From Myxococcota bacterium (lineage in GTDB: Bacteria; Myxococcota_A; UBA796; UBA2385), in NCBI GenBank assembly GCA_044344255.1, contig JBIJDH010000014.1:1-64000 (forward strand): a stretch of 64,000 nt of DNA. Direction: 5' to 3'. Within the stretch, counting starts at the first letter, position 1. Every line of letters begins with the position of its first letter. The translations under genes and the position numbers were made by a program. This document shows, one piece after another, positions 7,362-17,743 of the stretch. Below the pieces are notes generated by a model. It was given only the letters and a program-made list of their open reading frames with translations. It did not search any database and was not told the origin of the DNA.

Positions 7362-10300
7362 CTATTCCGCCCAGCGCGGCGGGCCGCAGGGCCCCGGCGG
7401 CGGCAGGCCGGCTGCGCTCCACTCGGCGGAGGCGACGATGCGGTCGGGGGCGACCACCGGCGTCGGGCTCGCTTCGATGGCCCGGCAGGCCTCCGCCCGC
7501 GCAGTGTCGAGGTCGCCCCGGGCGGCGGCGGCGAGGGCCGCCTCGCGGTGGAGGCCAGCGAGGACATAGGCCAGATCGTCGTCCGGGGAGAGGGGCACGG
7601 CGGCGATGGCCTCGAGCAGCTCCCGCATCGCTTGCCGGCCGCGCCCAGGGTCGGGCCCCCGGTTGAGCGCCCCCGCACGAAAGGCGAGGAGCTCCCAGGT
7701 CGGATCGTCTGCGCCGTTGGGCGGCGGGAGGTCTTCGAGCTCCGAGCGAAGGGCCTCCTCGACCTCAGGGATGCGGGGGTTGGCCACCACGGGGTTCCGG
7801 TAGACCTGCACGAAGAGGCCCGGCCAACGCGGCCCCGCCGCCGCGTGGAGGAGAGGCCGGAGCGCGCCATCGGAGGCCCGCATCAGGTAGCTGAGCCGGG
7901 GGCCGAGCAGCTCGGGGTCACCCTCGAGGGCGAGGCGGAAGGCGTCCACCGCCTCGATGGGCCGGCGGAGGAGGGCGAGGGTCACGGCCCGGTCGAGGGC
8001 GGCCTCAGGGGGCAGCCGCGCGAGGGCGGCGGCAGGGTCCCGGCGGAGGAGGTCCAGCGCGGCCTCGTGCCGCGCGTCCAGCGGCGACACGACCGGCCGG
8101 AGTCCCCATAGCTCCAGCCGCTCGACGCGGAGCCGCAGCCGGGAGCCCAGGCCCCCGCCGGTCCGAAGCTCAAGGGCCAGCTCAGGCGGCAGCGGCTGGG
8201 CGAGGAAGCCCGAGTCGGCGCGGCCCAGATCCGGCGCCTCGATGGTGCCGCGCCAGGTGGCGTCGGCGGGGGTCCAGGAGAGCCGGAGCCGCACACGAAT
8301 CGGTCGATCCGCCTCCCCACCGAGGCGCGGCAGCATCAAGGTGTCGGACATCGAGCTCTTGTCGGTCATGGCGAGGGAGAGCAGCGGCACCTTCTCCGCG
8401 CCGGGCAGCACGGCGCGGAGGCCCATGTTCGGCATCCCGGGGGCGACGAGCTCGATGAGGCCCATGGCCCGCCACTCGGTGGACTGGACCACCGCATCGA
8501 CGAGCATCGCCACGGGCCCCCCTGCGGCGCGGAGGGGGAGGCGGGCCAGGACGACAGGCGGCCCGCTGAAATAGGTGACGAGGGTGGCCCCCTCCTCCGC
8601 CTCGAAGGCCAGGGGCTCCTCGACCTGCCAGGGGGAGGGGAGGGCGCCGCCCACGTCGAGGCGCCAGGCCGCCTGCTTCGCCGCCGCCCAGGCGGAGAGG
8701 GTCTCCGCCAGCGGGCCGGCGGGGCCGACGCCGTCCGCGCTCGTCCAGGCGGCGGCGGCGTCCAGGGCGCCCGCGGGGTCGCCCATCTGGAGCCGGAGCT
8801 GCACCGCCTCCTCCCAGCGACCCGCAGCCAGCGCAGCAGGAGAGGCGGCCGCAGCCTGCTCCATCGAGGAGGCCGCGTCGCCCAGGTGCCCGGACCGCCG
8901 CCACAGCGCGGATGCCGCCACGCCCGCCTCGGCGTCCCCTCCAAGGGTGGCGCCCCGCTCCAGGAGCGCGGCGGCCCCCTCGATGATGCTGGCCTCCACG
9001 AGCAGGGTCGCGTCCCGCCACATCTGGGCGCGGGGGCCGTCGAGCGCGCCCGCGGGCGGCTCCCAGCCAGGGGGCCTCGGCGGGGGCTCGGGCAGGGGTG
9101 GCCGCTCGTCGCCGCGGCCGAGGATCCAGAGCTCCTCCTCGCCTGGCGCCACGGGCTCGTGGCCCAGCGCAGGCATCCGGTTGGCCAGCAGCTCGATGGC
9201 AGGGTCCAGGTCGAGCTGCCGGGCGCCGACCACCGACCAGCCGGGGAAGAGGGACAGGCCGAAGCTGCCGGGGGCCTCGCCTGCGCGGATCACGGCCATG
9301 ATGTGGTCCCGCGGCCCTTCGAGGGAGCAGACGATCTCCGTCCGGCCGTCGCCGTCCAGATCGGCGGCCCGCGGGTGCGACACAACCCCCGGGAGCCCGG
9401 GCATCTGCCAGCTCCAGAGCTCGCGGAGGGTCTCCCCCTCGAGGCGCCAGACCACGAGCGCCGCAGGGGGCCCGCCCGGATCGGTGACCCCGTGCCTGGC
9501 CGCGTTGGCGTAGAGGCTGTCGTCGAGGGTGACGACGAGCCGCCCTCGCTGCCAGGGATCGGGGATCGTGGTGAGCGAGCGCGTGCCATTCCGCCGCCCG
9601 CGGGCCCGTAGCCGGTGCCCGCTCCCCTCGCCTGTGTAGACCCGAACGTCGTAGCCCCGCCACTCGGCGAGGCCGACGATGAGCTCATCGCGACCGTCCC
9701 CGTCGAGGTCGGCCACGTCCACCACCGCCTCGGCGTTGGTCCGGACCACCTCGGGGAGGACCGGGAGACGGGAGCGGCCGTCCGCAGACAGCCGATAAAC
9801 CACGCGCTCGAAGGTCTGATAGGCCTCGGCCACGCCGTCCCCGTCCACGTCTCCCCAGGCCGCCTCGGTGCCGGGGAAGGGCCGCTCCACCGGACCCGTG
9901 GGGAGCCACTGGATCATCCGGGGGTGTGGGCCGGGCAGCCGGGCGGCCCCTGCGGGGTGGACCGTCGGCCGGAGCGCCTGGAGGGAGACGACCTCACCGG
10001 AGCGGACGATCAGGGCCGGGTCGGCCGGGTCATGGGCCGCCGTGAGCTCCCACAGCGTCCCCCCCCGCAGCGGCCCGGGTGGGCCGAGGCGCTCGCCCTG
10101 CTCCAGGAGGGCCGGCACCCAGCGGGGATCGGTGATCGAGGTGGCCGCCGCGAGGCCGAGCGCGCGGGCGCGGTCCCAGGCCCGCGCCGCCGCCTCGCGG
10201 TCGCCGCCCGTGAGCCCGGCCAGGATCTGCAGCGGCAGGAGCTCGGCCTCGGGCACGGCCTCGGAGGGCAGCGCCTCAAGGGCGCGGACGAAGGTAGCGA

Positions 10301-11939
10301 GGTCTCGGTAGCCGGTCCCGCGGCCGGGTCGATGCTGGGCGAGGTCGTGCAGGCCGTCGAGCCCGAGATCGGGGGGCGCGAGCGAGCCTCGGGCCCAGGC
10401 CAGGTTGGCGAGGCGGAGGAGGGCTCCGGCCCGCGAGGGGGCGTCGGGGGCCTCGGTGAGCGCCCGCGCCCAGGCGTCCACGGGCAGCGGGACGGCCCCG
10501 GCCCACTCATCCCGCTGGTAGGGTCGGGCCGCCTCGCGGTCCCCCTGGAGGAGCCAGGCTTCCGCCACCGCCCCTGTGCCTCGGTACTCGGGCGCCTTGA
10601 GGAAGTCGTCGAGCAGCGCCGCGCCCTCGGGGGTGCCCTGCTGCGGCTGAATGTGCGCCCAGGCCGCCCGGGCCGACACCCCCCGCTGACGGGCCTCCCA
10701 CCAGGACGCCACCGGCGCGAGGGCCGCTGCCCCGCTGACAGCGAGGGCCACCGCCATCGCCCGGCCGAGCGAGGCCCGGTGCAGGCGGACCCAGCGGCGC
10801 CCGCGCTCGGCGGCAGGCTCTGGCCGCGCCGAGACGGCCTCGCCGGCGAGGAAGCGCCGCAGATCGAGCCCGAGCTCCGCGGCGCTGGTGTACCGTCCGC
10901 CCACCTCCGGGCACATCGCCTTCGAGACGATGGCGTCGAGGGCCGCCGGGACGTCGGGCCGGAGCGAGCGGAGCGACCGGCGCGCGCCCTGCGCCGCGGC
11001 TTCGAGGCGCTGGTGGAGGGTGGCGCCGTCCACCGGCGGCCGGCCGCTGACCGCCGCGAACAGGATGGCGCCGATCCCATAGACATCCGCCCGCACCCAG
11101 TCGATGTCGGGCTCGGCCCTGGCCACCTCGGGCGCGAGCCAGGACGGCGTCCCGAGCACCTGGTCGGTGCGGGTGAGGTCGCGCTCCTCGCCCATGCGGC
11201 GCGCGAGGCCGAAGTCGGAGACGTGCGGGTGCCCGTCTCCATCGAGCAGCACGTTGGCGGGCTTCAGATCGCGGTGGGCCACCCGGGCGGCGTGGGCGTG
11301 GGCGACGCCTGCGGCCACCCCGGCGCCGATGCGGGCCGCCTCTTCGGGCGGGAGCGGGCGACCGGGGCCGATCACCTCCTCCAGCGAGGGCCCAAAGACC
11401 CGCTCCATCGCGAACCAGGGCCGCCCCTCCACCTCCCCGAGATCGAAGACGCGGACGATGTGATCGTGATGAAGGGCCGCCGCCACCCGCGCCTCGTCGA
11501 TGAAGCGGGCGCGGGCCTGGGGCGAGGCGAAGCTCCCCGCCAGCAGGACCTTCAGCGCCACATCGCGCTCGAGCTCGGGGTCCCAGGCCGCGTAGACGAC
11601 GCCCATGCCGCCCCGACCGAGCTCCGCCCGCAGCTGGTAGCGCCCGACGGTGGGCGGCCCCGCCACGACCTCCTCGGAGGGGGCGGGGTCGAGGGTCGCC
11701 CCCGTGGAGTCGGAGGCACCCGGGGGGCGATCAGCGGGGAGCCGCCGCTCCGGGTAGAGCCAGCGGACCGGCGCCCGGGCGTCACCGTGAATGGGCCCGA
11801 GGCAGCCCGCGCAGCGTAACCAGCGGTCCGGCTCGGCCCGCCTCACCCGAAACGTGGATCCGCAGCCCGGACAGGCGAGCAGGCGGACCACCCCCGCGCC
11901 TTCGGGGGAGGGGCCCGCAGCTTGAACCCGATCACTCAC
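7362..11939 (-). CDS. membrane Ser/Thr protein kinase with N-terminal zinc ribbon and FG-GAP repeats
   Basis: CPGC...CAGC; LGRGGMGVVY, VALK, HRDLKPAN, DFG, GTPSWLAPE; TM segment; GDVDGDG/ADLDGDG repeats. Confidence 0.92.
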   Translation of the reverse strand: MSDRVQAAGPSPEGAGVVRLLACPGCGSTFRVRRAEPDRWLRCAGCLGPIHGDARAPVRWLYPERRLPADRPPGASDSTGATLDPAPSEEVVAGPPTVGRYQLRAELGRGGMGVVYAAWDPELERDVALKVLLAGSFASPQARARFIDEARVAAALHHDHIVRVFDLGEVEGRPWFAMERVFGPSLEEVIGPGRPLPPEEAARIGAGVAAGVAHAHAARVAHRDLKPANVLLDGDGHPHVSDFGLARRMGEERDLTRTDQVLGTPSWLAPEVARAEPDIDWVRADVYGIGAILFAAVSGRPPVDGATLHQRLEAAAQGARRSLRSLRPDVPAALDAIVSKAMCPEVGGRYTSAAELGLDLRRFLAGEAVSARPEPAAERGRRWVRLHRASLGRAMAVALAVSGAAALAPVASWWEARQRGVSARAAWAHIQPQQGTPEGAALLDDFLKAPEYRGTGAVAEAWLLQGDREAARPYQRDEWAGAVPLPVDAWARALTEAPDAPSRAGALLRLANLAWARGSLAPPDLGLDGLHDLAQHRPGRGTGYRDLATFVRALEALPSEAVPEAELLPLQILAGLTGGDREAAARAWDRARALGLAAATSITDPRWVPALLEQGERLGPPGPLRGGTLWELTAAHDPADPALIVRSGEVVSLQALRPTVHPAGAARLPGPHPRMIQWLPTGPVERPFPGTEAAWGDVDGDGVAEAYQTFERVVYRLSADGRSRLPVLPEVVRTNAEAVVDVADLDGDGRDELIVGLAEWRGYDVRVYTGEGSGHRLRARGRRNGTRSLTTIPDPWQRGRLVVTLDDSLYANAARHGVTDPGGPPAALVVWRLEGETLRELWSWQMPGLPGVVSHPRAADLDGDGRTEIVCSLEGPRDHIMAVIRAGEAPGSFGLSLFPGWSVVGARQLDLDPAIELLANRMPALGHEPVAPGEEELWILGRGDERPPLPEPPPRPPGWEPPAGALDGPRAQMWRDATLLVEASIIEGAAALLERGATLGGDAEAGVAASALWRRSGHLGDAASSMEQAAAASPAALAAGRWEEAVQLRLQMGDPAGALDAAAAWTSADGVGPAGPLAETLSAWAAAKQAAWRLDVGGALPSPWQVEEPLAFEAEEGATLVTYFSGPPVVLARLPLRAAGGPVAMLVDAVVQSTEWRAMGLIELVAPGMPNMGLRAVLPGAEKVPLLSLAMTDKSSMSDTLMLPRLGGEADRPIRVRLRLSWTPADATWRGTIEAPDLGRADSGFLAQPLPPELALELRTGGGLGSRLRLRVERLELWGLRPVVSPLDARHEAALDLLRRDPAAALARLPPEAALDRAVTLALLRRPIEAVDAFRLALEGDPELLGPRLSYLMRASDGALRPLLHAAAGPRWPGLFVQVYRNPVVANPRIPEVEEALRSELEDLPPPNGADDPTWELLAFRAGALNRGPDPGRGRQAMRELLEAIAAVPLSPDDDLAYVLAGLHREAALAAAARGDLDTARAEACRAIEASPTPVVAPDRIVASAEWSAAGLPPPGPCGPPRWAE

Positions 11940-12049
11940 TCACCGCCCCCACGCCCGTCCTCCGCCTCTCCCCCGCCGCTCACCGGAGGGGGGAGGACCG
12001 CACCGTACCACGCGGTCGGTCTCGGCCGGGGGGTGGACGGTTGCCCCCC

Positions 12050-12868
12050 TCAGGGGCTGTAGACGAGCTGGATGCTGCCGTCATCCGCCTCGGGCGACAT
12101 CGAGCCGCAGTAGCCGCCGCCGATGAGGTCCACCGATCGCCCGCCATCATTGTAATTCGCCTCGCCGGAAGCCTCGTGGCCCTCGAGGGCGAAGGCCCCC
12201 TCCCCGATGACGAAGGGCGTCCCGCTCAGGTCGAGGTTGGCGATCCCCGACGGCGAGCCGTCACAGGATCCCGCAAAGCCCCAGGGCAGCTCTGTGAGCT
12301 CGGTGAAGGTGTTGCAGTCACCGTACGACTCGCTGTAGGTCAGGTCCTTCGAGTCCACCCGCAGCGTCTCGGCGTCGATGGCGACACCGTACACGAGCGT
12401 CTCCACGTCGGTCCCGTAGGTCGCGCCGTCGCAGGGGTAAAAGGCCACGTTCGAGCCTCCTTCAAGGGCCTCCAGCGCGATGAAGGCCTTAGGGTCCTGC
12501 GGGATCCCGGCACACCAGGCCCGCCAGGGCATGGACGGATCACCGTCCACGTACAGCGTGAAATAGTCGTCCGAAGCGCTCGGGTTGGCCTCCGCCACCT
12601 CCTGGCAGGTCCGCGGGTACAAGGTCTCCTCGGCGCCGCCGTCGCTGCCGCCGTCGCTGCCGCCGTCGCTGCCGCCGTCGGTGCCGCCGTCGCTGCCGCC
12701 GTCGTCCTCGGGGAGCGGGCTCTCCTCCTCCCCGGTGTCCTCGGCGCCATGGCCCTTCCCGCCTCGGGAGCCGTCGGAGATGATACAACCGGGGAGGCCA
12801 ATCAGGAGCAACGCGCAGACGATCGAGGGGGAGGAGGACAGGGGGAGGGAGGAGAGAGGACGGGACAT
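12050..12868 (-). CDS. GON-domain lipoprotein
   Basis: Lipobox-like LPGC, DGGS linker, PRTCQEV..YFTLY..AWC, IDAETLRVDSKDLTYS, ANLDLSGTPF, GGGYCG. Confidence 0.75.
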   Translation of the reverse strand: MSRPLSSLPLSSSPSIVCALLLIGLPGCIISDGSRGGKGHGAEDTGEEESPLPEDDGGSDGGTDGGSDGGSDGGSDGGAEETLYPRTCQEVAEANPSASDDYFTLYVDGDPSMPWRAWCAGIPQDPKAFIALEALEGGSNVAFYPCDGATYGTDVETLVYGVAIDAETLRVDSKDLTYSESYGDCNTFTELTELPWGFAGSCDGSPSGIANLDLSGTPFVIGEGAFALEGHEASGEANYNDGGRSVDLIGGGYCGSMSPEADDGSIQLVYSP

Positions 12869-13098
12869 GGACAGCTCCGGTGCGCTCGCGCGCGCTTCGT
12901 TTTGGTTTCATCGCTGCGGGTTCTCAGCAGCGACACAATCCACATACCGGAGCCCATCCTGTCTTCCCATTACTCAATCTGTCTCGCGCTTACTCCACCC
13001 TCGTACAGATCGACCGCGCTCCACCGCGGGCGGGCTCCACACCATCCCCCTCGGGCGGCGGTGGTGAACCGCGCGGTCCACCGTGCTACCCTGCACCC

Positions 13099-14001
13099 AT
13101 GGCTCGGATCCTCGACCCCCAAGGAAAGCCCACGGTCCTCCACCCGCACCACCTGATCGGTCGCTCGCGGGCGATGCACACCGTCGTCCCGGCGACCGAG
13201 ACCTCGGCCCAGCACGCCGCCATCGCCTGGGACGGGGAGCGCTGGACGCTCCGCGACCTGGCCAGCCGGCACGGCACCTGGCTGGACGGCCGTCGGCTCG
13301 GCCCCGGAGAGGCTGCCCCCCTTCAGGCCGGCGCCCGGATCCAGCTCGGTCCCACCGGGACCCCCCTCACCCTCACCGACGCCGCGCCCCCCGCACCCTT
13401 CGCCACCTCGGGCGAGCTCGTGGTGGAAGGCGAGGGGCCGCTCCTGGCCCTGCCGAGCGCCGATGACCCCGTCGCCGTCGTGCTCCTCGACCGCGCGGAG
13501 GGCTGGATCTTGAGCCACGAGGGGGACAGCCGGCCCATCGAACAGGGGGCCCTGGTGGAGGTGGCCGGCCGGCGGTGGACCCTCTCCCTCCCCTCCGGCG
13601 TGGAGCCCACCGCCGACATCCTCTCCGCGAAGCCCGAGAGCGCTGGGCTCGCGCTGTGCTTCAAGGTCACCTCTGACGAGGAGTACGTCGAGGTGACGGT
13701 CGAGGTGAACGGGATCGAGCACACCATCCCACCGCGCACCCACCACTACATCCTCTTGACCCTCGCCCGGGCGCGCCTGGAGGAGGCCGACCAGCCCCTC
13801 ATCGCCCAAGGGTGGATGTACACCACCGAGCTCATCCGCCAGCTTCGGATGTCGGCCAACCAGCTCTACGTCGGGATGTACCGCGCCCGGAGGGAGTTCG
13901 AGGCCGTCGGCCTCCCCGAGGGCTTCGAGCTCATCGAGCGGCGCGCCGTGACCCGACAGCTCCGGATCGCGGTGCCGCAGCTGCGGATCACCGTGATCTG
14001 A
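13099..14001 (+). CDS. FHA-domain protein with putative C-terminal winged-helix region
   Basis: IGRS...SAQHA...LRDLASRHGTWLDG FHA motifs. Confidence 0.88.
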   Translation: MARILDPQGKPTVLHPHHLIGRSRAMHTVVPATETSAQHAAIAWDGERWTLRDLASRHGTWLDGRRLGPGEAAPLQAGARIQLGPTGTPLTLTDAAPPAPFATSGELVVEGEGPLLALPSADDPVAVVLLDRAEGWILSHEGDSRPIEQGALVEVAGRRWTLSLPSGVEPTADILSAKPESAGLALCFKVTSDEEYVEVTVEVNGIEHTIPPRTHHYILLTLARARLEEADQPLIAQGWMYTTELIRQLRMSANQLYVGMYRARREFEAVGLPEGFELIERRAVTRQLRIAVPQLRITVI

Positions 14002-14007
14002 GGCGCT

Positions 14008-14041
14008 GCCGGGAGCGCCCCCAGGCGGAGGGGCTCCCGGC
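14008..14041. terminator. GC-rich hairpin between convergent genes
   Basis: gccgggagc...gctcccggc stem just after the FHA gene stop. Confidence 0.5.
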
Positions 14042-14148
14042 CCCGCGCGCGGGGGCGTTGTCCCTTTCGCGGCCCTTTCGCGAGCAGAACGAAGCAGGGG
14101 ACCTATAAGTTCCAACCACCGCCTCCCCCAAGGGGGGCAGGGTCGGGG

Positions 14149-15021
14149 TCAGTCCACCTTCTTCGGCGGATGGAAGCCGATACCGACGCTCAATCCCAGG
14201 CTCGGCCTCCAATCGCCGCTCTCGCTCAGGGTCCAGGTGGGGAGGCCAACATCGGCCTGACCGAAGACCCGGATGGTAGACGAACGGAGGAACATATAGC
14301 CACCGGAGAGGGCCGGCTCAAAACCAAAGCCGCCTCCCAGCCCCTCTGCGGCCTGGAAGCCGAGGCCGAGGCGGAGGCCGAGATAGGGGGAGGCGTTCTT
14401 CTCGCCGCCAGGGATGTAATAGGCGCCGATGCCGAGGAGGCCGGCGAAGTTCTCCTGGTCGTTCACGTCGAGCAGCAAGTCGCCGCTGAGATCGATGGCG
14501 ACGCGGTCGAGCTCCCAACGCGAGCCGCCGCCCAGGCTGAGGAGGTCGTAGCTCCCTGCGAAGCCCCCGATCCCCACCCGGGCCGTGGCCAACGTGTCCG
14601 CGTTGACCCGCTTCGTATCGGCCTCCCCGGAGGTGACGGAGTCTCGGGTGATGGTCGCGTCGGTGCTCTTGCCTTCCAGCAGCGCCGGGACTATCCGGCT
14701 GTAGACCGAGGGCAGATCTTCGACCCGATCGGCCTTCATTCGTTGGCTCCCCGTCGGCCCGGTGAGGGAGACGATCACCGACTCCCCAAATCGAGCGTGC
14801 AAAAGCTCGAAGGTCTCGTCGCAAGGAGGGTCGGAGACCTGTCGCCCCCCAGCGCGCAGCTCATCGCTGACCATGGCGATGGCGGAGGTTCGTTCAGCCG
14901 GGGTCAATGCATCGTGGGACTCGTCGATATGAACGCAGCTCGCAGCCTCGGCGAGCTGCGGAGCCGTAAGGGTGGCCAGGAGAAACAAGATGGCGACAGG
15001 GCGGCACGTGACAGCGGGCAT
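14149..15021 (-). CDS. secreted protein with C-terminal beta-barrel-like domain
   Basis: Signal peptide ending AEA, Cys pair, alternating Gly/aromatic strands ending LSVGIGF. Confidence 0.75.
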   Translation of the reverse strand: MPAVTCRPVAILFLLATLTAPQLAEAASCVHIDESHDALTPAERTSAIAMVSDELRAGGRQVSDPPCDETFELLHARFGESVIVSLTGPTGSQRMKADRVEDLPSVYSRIVPALLEGKSTDATITRDSVTSGEADTKRVNADTLATARVGIGGFAGSYDLLSLGGGSRWELDRVAIDLSGDLLLDVNDQENFAGLLGIGAYYIPGGEKNASPYLGLRLGLGFQAAEGLGGGFGFEPALSGGYMFLRSSTIRVFGQADVGLPTWTLSESGDWRPSLGLSVGIGFHPPKKVD

Positions 15022-15143
15022 GGGGACCTCGAGACGAAGGGAGCAGCAAGGAGATGTTCACCGATATCCGCTCGGCCTCTCCCCTGTTCTTACACGGTCT
15101 TACGCGGTCTTACGCGGCGTTCGGGCCAGGCGCCTCCCACTCG

Positions 15144-15448
15144 TGTCGCCGGAGTAAACCCGAATTGGTGGACACCATCCAACAAACGTGAGATGTCCGC
15201 ATGCCACGCAAGATCTACACCTCCGAGTTCCGGTCTCACCGGGTCTCGCTCGTCAAGAAGGGCCGAACACCAACGTCTCTGGCGAAGGAGTTCGATCCGT
15301 CCGCGCCGACGATCCGGCAATGGGAGGAAGCGGATGCTGCGGCCACCCGCGGTGAGCCACGGGTGGACAAAGACGCTCGAATCCGCGAGCTCGAGCGAAT
15401 GGCAGGCGTGCTCAAAGAGTAGCGAGAAATACCTAAAAATGGAGCCAT
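15144..15448 (+). mobile_element. IS3-family OrfA remnant with probable left end
   Basis: MPRKIYTSEFR...SLAKEFDPSAPTIRQW HTH; premature TAG in the LKE*REI segment; upstream TG...aattggtggacacc resembles an IS3 IRL. Confidence 0.8.
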
Positions 15449-15451
15449 TCC

Positions 15452-15985
15452 TACGACGACGAAAACGGTAACCAGAGCGGCTCGGCCTACGTCTACTACG
15501 GCTCGGCAACAGGCATTGACAGCGCCTCGGAGGACAAACTCACCGCATCCGACGGGGCGGCCGACGACCTTTTCGGCGGGGCGGTGTCTGGTGCCGGCGA
15601 CATGGACGGCGACGGCTACGACGACCTCGTGGTGGGCGCCGACGGCGACAATTCCGGCGGCGGCTCGGCCTACCTCTATGAGGCTGGATGTCTGGCCTTC
15701 GACGCTGACGGCGACGGCTACTTGTGCGACGTCGACTGCGACGACAGCGATGGCGCCACCTACCCCGGCGCCCCCGAGGTCGAAGACGACGGCATCGACC
15801 AGGACTGCAACAGCGAGGACGCCTTGTCCGAGGTTGCCGAGCCAGAAGATGAGAACGAGGTCAACCCATCAGCGGAGGGGGGGAAGGGCGGATGCGGCGG
15901 ATGCGCCAGCACCACGGGGCTCTCCAGCGCCGCCGGTGTTTGGTTTATGCTCGGGCTGCTGAGCCTGCGAAGTCGCCGCGGATAG
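15452..15985 (+). pseudogene. 5'-truncated FG-GAP / MopE-like repeat protein with MYXO-CTERM-like tail
   Basis: GSAYVYYG..KLTASDGAADDLFG..GDMDGDGYDDLVVGA; DCDDSDGATYPGAPE..DGIDQDC; GGCGGC..hydrophobic..RSRR; begins abruptly at the IS3 remnant. Confidence 0.8.
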
Positions 15986-16097
15986 GAATGATGAACGCTC
16001 TCGGGCGGCCCCCGAGCACGGCCTCCCGGGCAGGGCCGCTACCGAATGGGCGGAGAGGGCTCGTCGGGCTGACTGAACCGTTCGTCGGTCAGAAGCA

Positions 16098-16251
16098 GGT
16101 GCCTGGTATCTTGACCACCGGTCTGGTGCCATGAATACAGCTCAGACCCTACCCAGGGTACTTCCTTGGTGTGTCGCCCCCGCGAGGCCGGTCGCCGAAG
16201 CATGTGACCTCGATACCTGACGCCAGACCTGTGGTCAAGATACCAGGCACC
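16098..16251. mobile_element. 154-bp MITE/REPIN-like element, copy 1
   Basis: Terminal inverted repeats ggtgcctggtatcttgaccac(c/a)ggtctgg; second copy 1010 bp downstream. Confidence 0.8.
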
Positions 16252-16310
16252 GAGCTTCTCGGCGGCCTCGGCCTCGACAGTCCGAGAGGGTGCCGGCGGT
16301 CGCGAGCTTC

Positions 16311-16859
16311 TCAGAGCTGGCGCAGGACCTGCGCCAACACCCCAAAGATCGCCACGAATATGCCCACTATGCCCAGCGCATGGCGAAAACCAAAGCGATA
16401 ACGCCGGCACACCGCCAGAAGCGCGATACCGGCGAGGGCGACTGCCCAGAGGCACCCAGAGGCCATTCCAAGGAAAATGACTTCCAGGCCGAAGGCTATC
16501 GCGCACATCACCGCGCTCACATCCCGAAGCATGTAGAGACTACGCCAATGGTGCTCTGCGTCGGGGTGATCGCTCGACGAGATGATTCGGGCCTCGAAGA
16601 CATCCCAGCCGATCATCCCAGCCAAGCCCATGGCCATCAGTGGGAGGAGGATGATGCACATGGGGTAGATGGACGCCGTCGGCAGCATGATCCCCAGGAA
16701 TTGGCTCTGATCTGCCAACCCGAACGGAAGCGTCACGTACGCTTCTCCGCTCGCGTTGGGATATAACGCCGACGCCGCTAAGAACCCGAGTGCCTGAAGA
16801 ACGACGATAGGCGCCAGAAGCAGGGCGCGCTGCGTCGCCGGTATCGAGAGGGGATTCAT
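16311..16859 (-). CDS. multi-pass membrane protein of unknown function
   Basis: MNPLSIP... preceded by a GAGGA RBS; about 5 hydrophobic segments. Confidence 0.75.
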   Translation of the reverse strand: MNPLSIPATQRALLLAPIVVLQALGFLAASALYPNASGEAYVTLPFGLADQSQFLGIMLPTASIYPMCIILLPLMAMGLAGMIGWDVFEARIISSSDHPDAEHHWRSLYMLRDVSAVMCAIAFGLEVIFLGMASGCLWAVALAGIALLAVCRRYRFGFRHALGIVGIFVAIFGVLAQVLRQL

Positions 16860-17107
16860 GGTGGTCCTCTTTCCGTACCTTCCGTAACGCGGGAACAAGG
16901 AGCTCAGGCGGGCGGAGGGGATAGGTACACCACATCGGCTCACATGGCAAATCGGTACTTGACCCCGATCTTTGACCAACCAGCTCCGGAGGCCCTTTGA
17001 CGACGGGCTCCGACCGTGACTTCAGAGGATCATCCCCGCTCGATGACGGCGCGAACCAGGCGGCCGACCACTATCGTCGCCGGCCCGACCGGGCCGAAGG
17101 CCAAGCA

Positions 17108-17261
17108 GGTGCCTGGTATCTTGACCATCGTTCTGGTGCCATGAATACAGCTCAGACCCTACCCAGGGTACTTCCTTGGTGTGTCGCCCCCGCGAGGCAG
17201 GTCGCCGAAGCATGTGACCTCGATACCTGACGCCAGACCTGTGGTCAAGATACCAGGCACC
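17108..17261. mobile_element. 154-bp MITE/REPIN-like element, copy 2
   Basis: 3 mismatches to copy 1; flanks aagca/gagctt also shared. Confidence 0.8.
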
Positions 17262-17743
17262 GAGCTTGCTTCTGCCACGTCCACCGTAGGTTCCTGTTCA
17301 ACGCGGAGCGCCAGCTCTCGGCACCCGACGGCGACCGCATACACGAGCGCCCCCGCCTCCTCCGGCAGAAGGTTCGTTGGGCCCTTCGGCGCAGATCTCT
17401 CAACGACGAACGAGCCGATCGATGGCTCCGCAAGCTGCTGCACCGCCTCCCGGTACGGCACGAGGCCGTGCGACACCAGTGCATCAAGCGCATCCGCGAA
17501 CAGGCGGAGCCGAGAAACCAGGGATGGGGCCGGATTCCTCCAGGCCGCTGCCCGGAGATCAACCAGGACACCATGGATCGACCACAGGGGCCCTCGAAGG
17601 TCGTCGCTTTCTAATGGCCACTTCGCTACTCGAACTCCGCATCGCGGATGGGAATACCCGTGGAATCAGTATCTGGCTCGGATATTTGGCCAATCAGCCC
17701 AGGACGCCGATGAACCACCAGCAGCGACCCCTGGTTCGAAGGG

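Noticed and set aside
12634..12705. 12-bp tandem repeat
   Set aside because: In-frame coding linker (DGGS)n of the lipoprotein, not a separate element
16093..17267. Repeat pairs (here and 128/6962) as a CRISPR array or DGR template/variable repeats
   Set aside because: Only two long copies each, no spacer periodicity, mismatches not adenine-specific, no cas or reverse transcriptase gene in the window
17268..17740. Possible gene between MITE copy 2 and the small membrane gene
   Set aside because: Several overlapping ORFs, none with a recognisable motif or convincing start; possibly a decayed gene but unsupported
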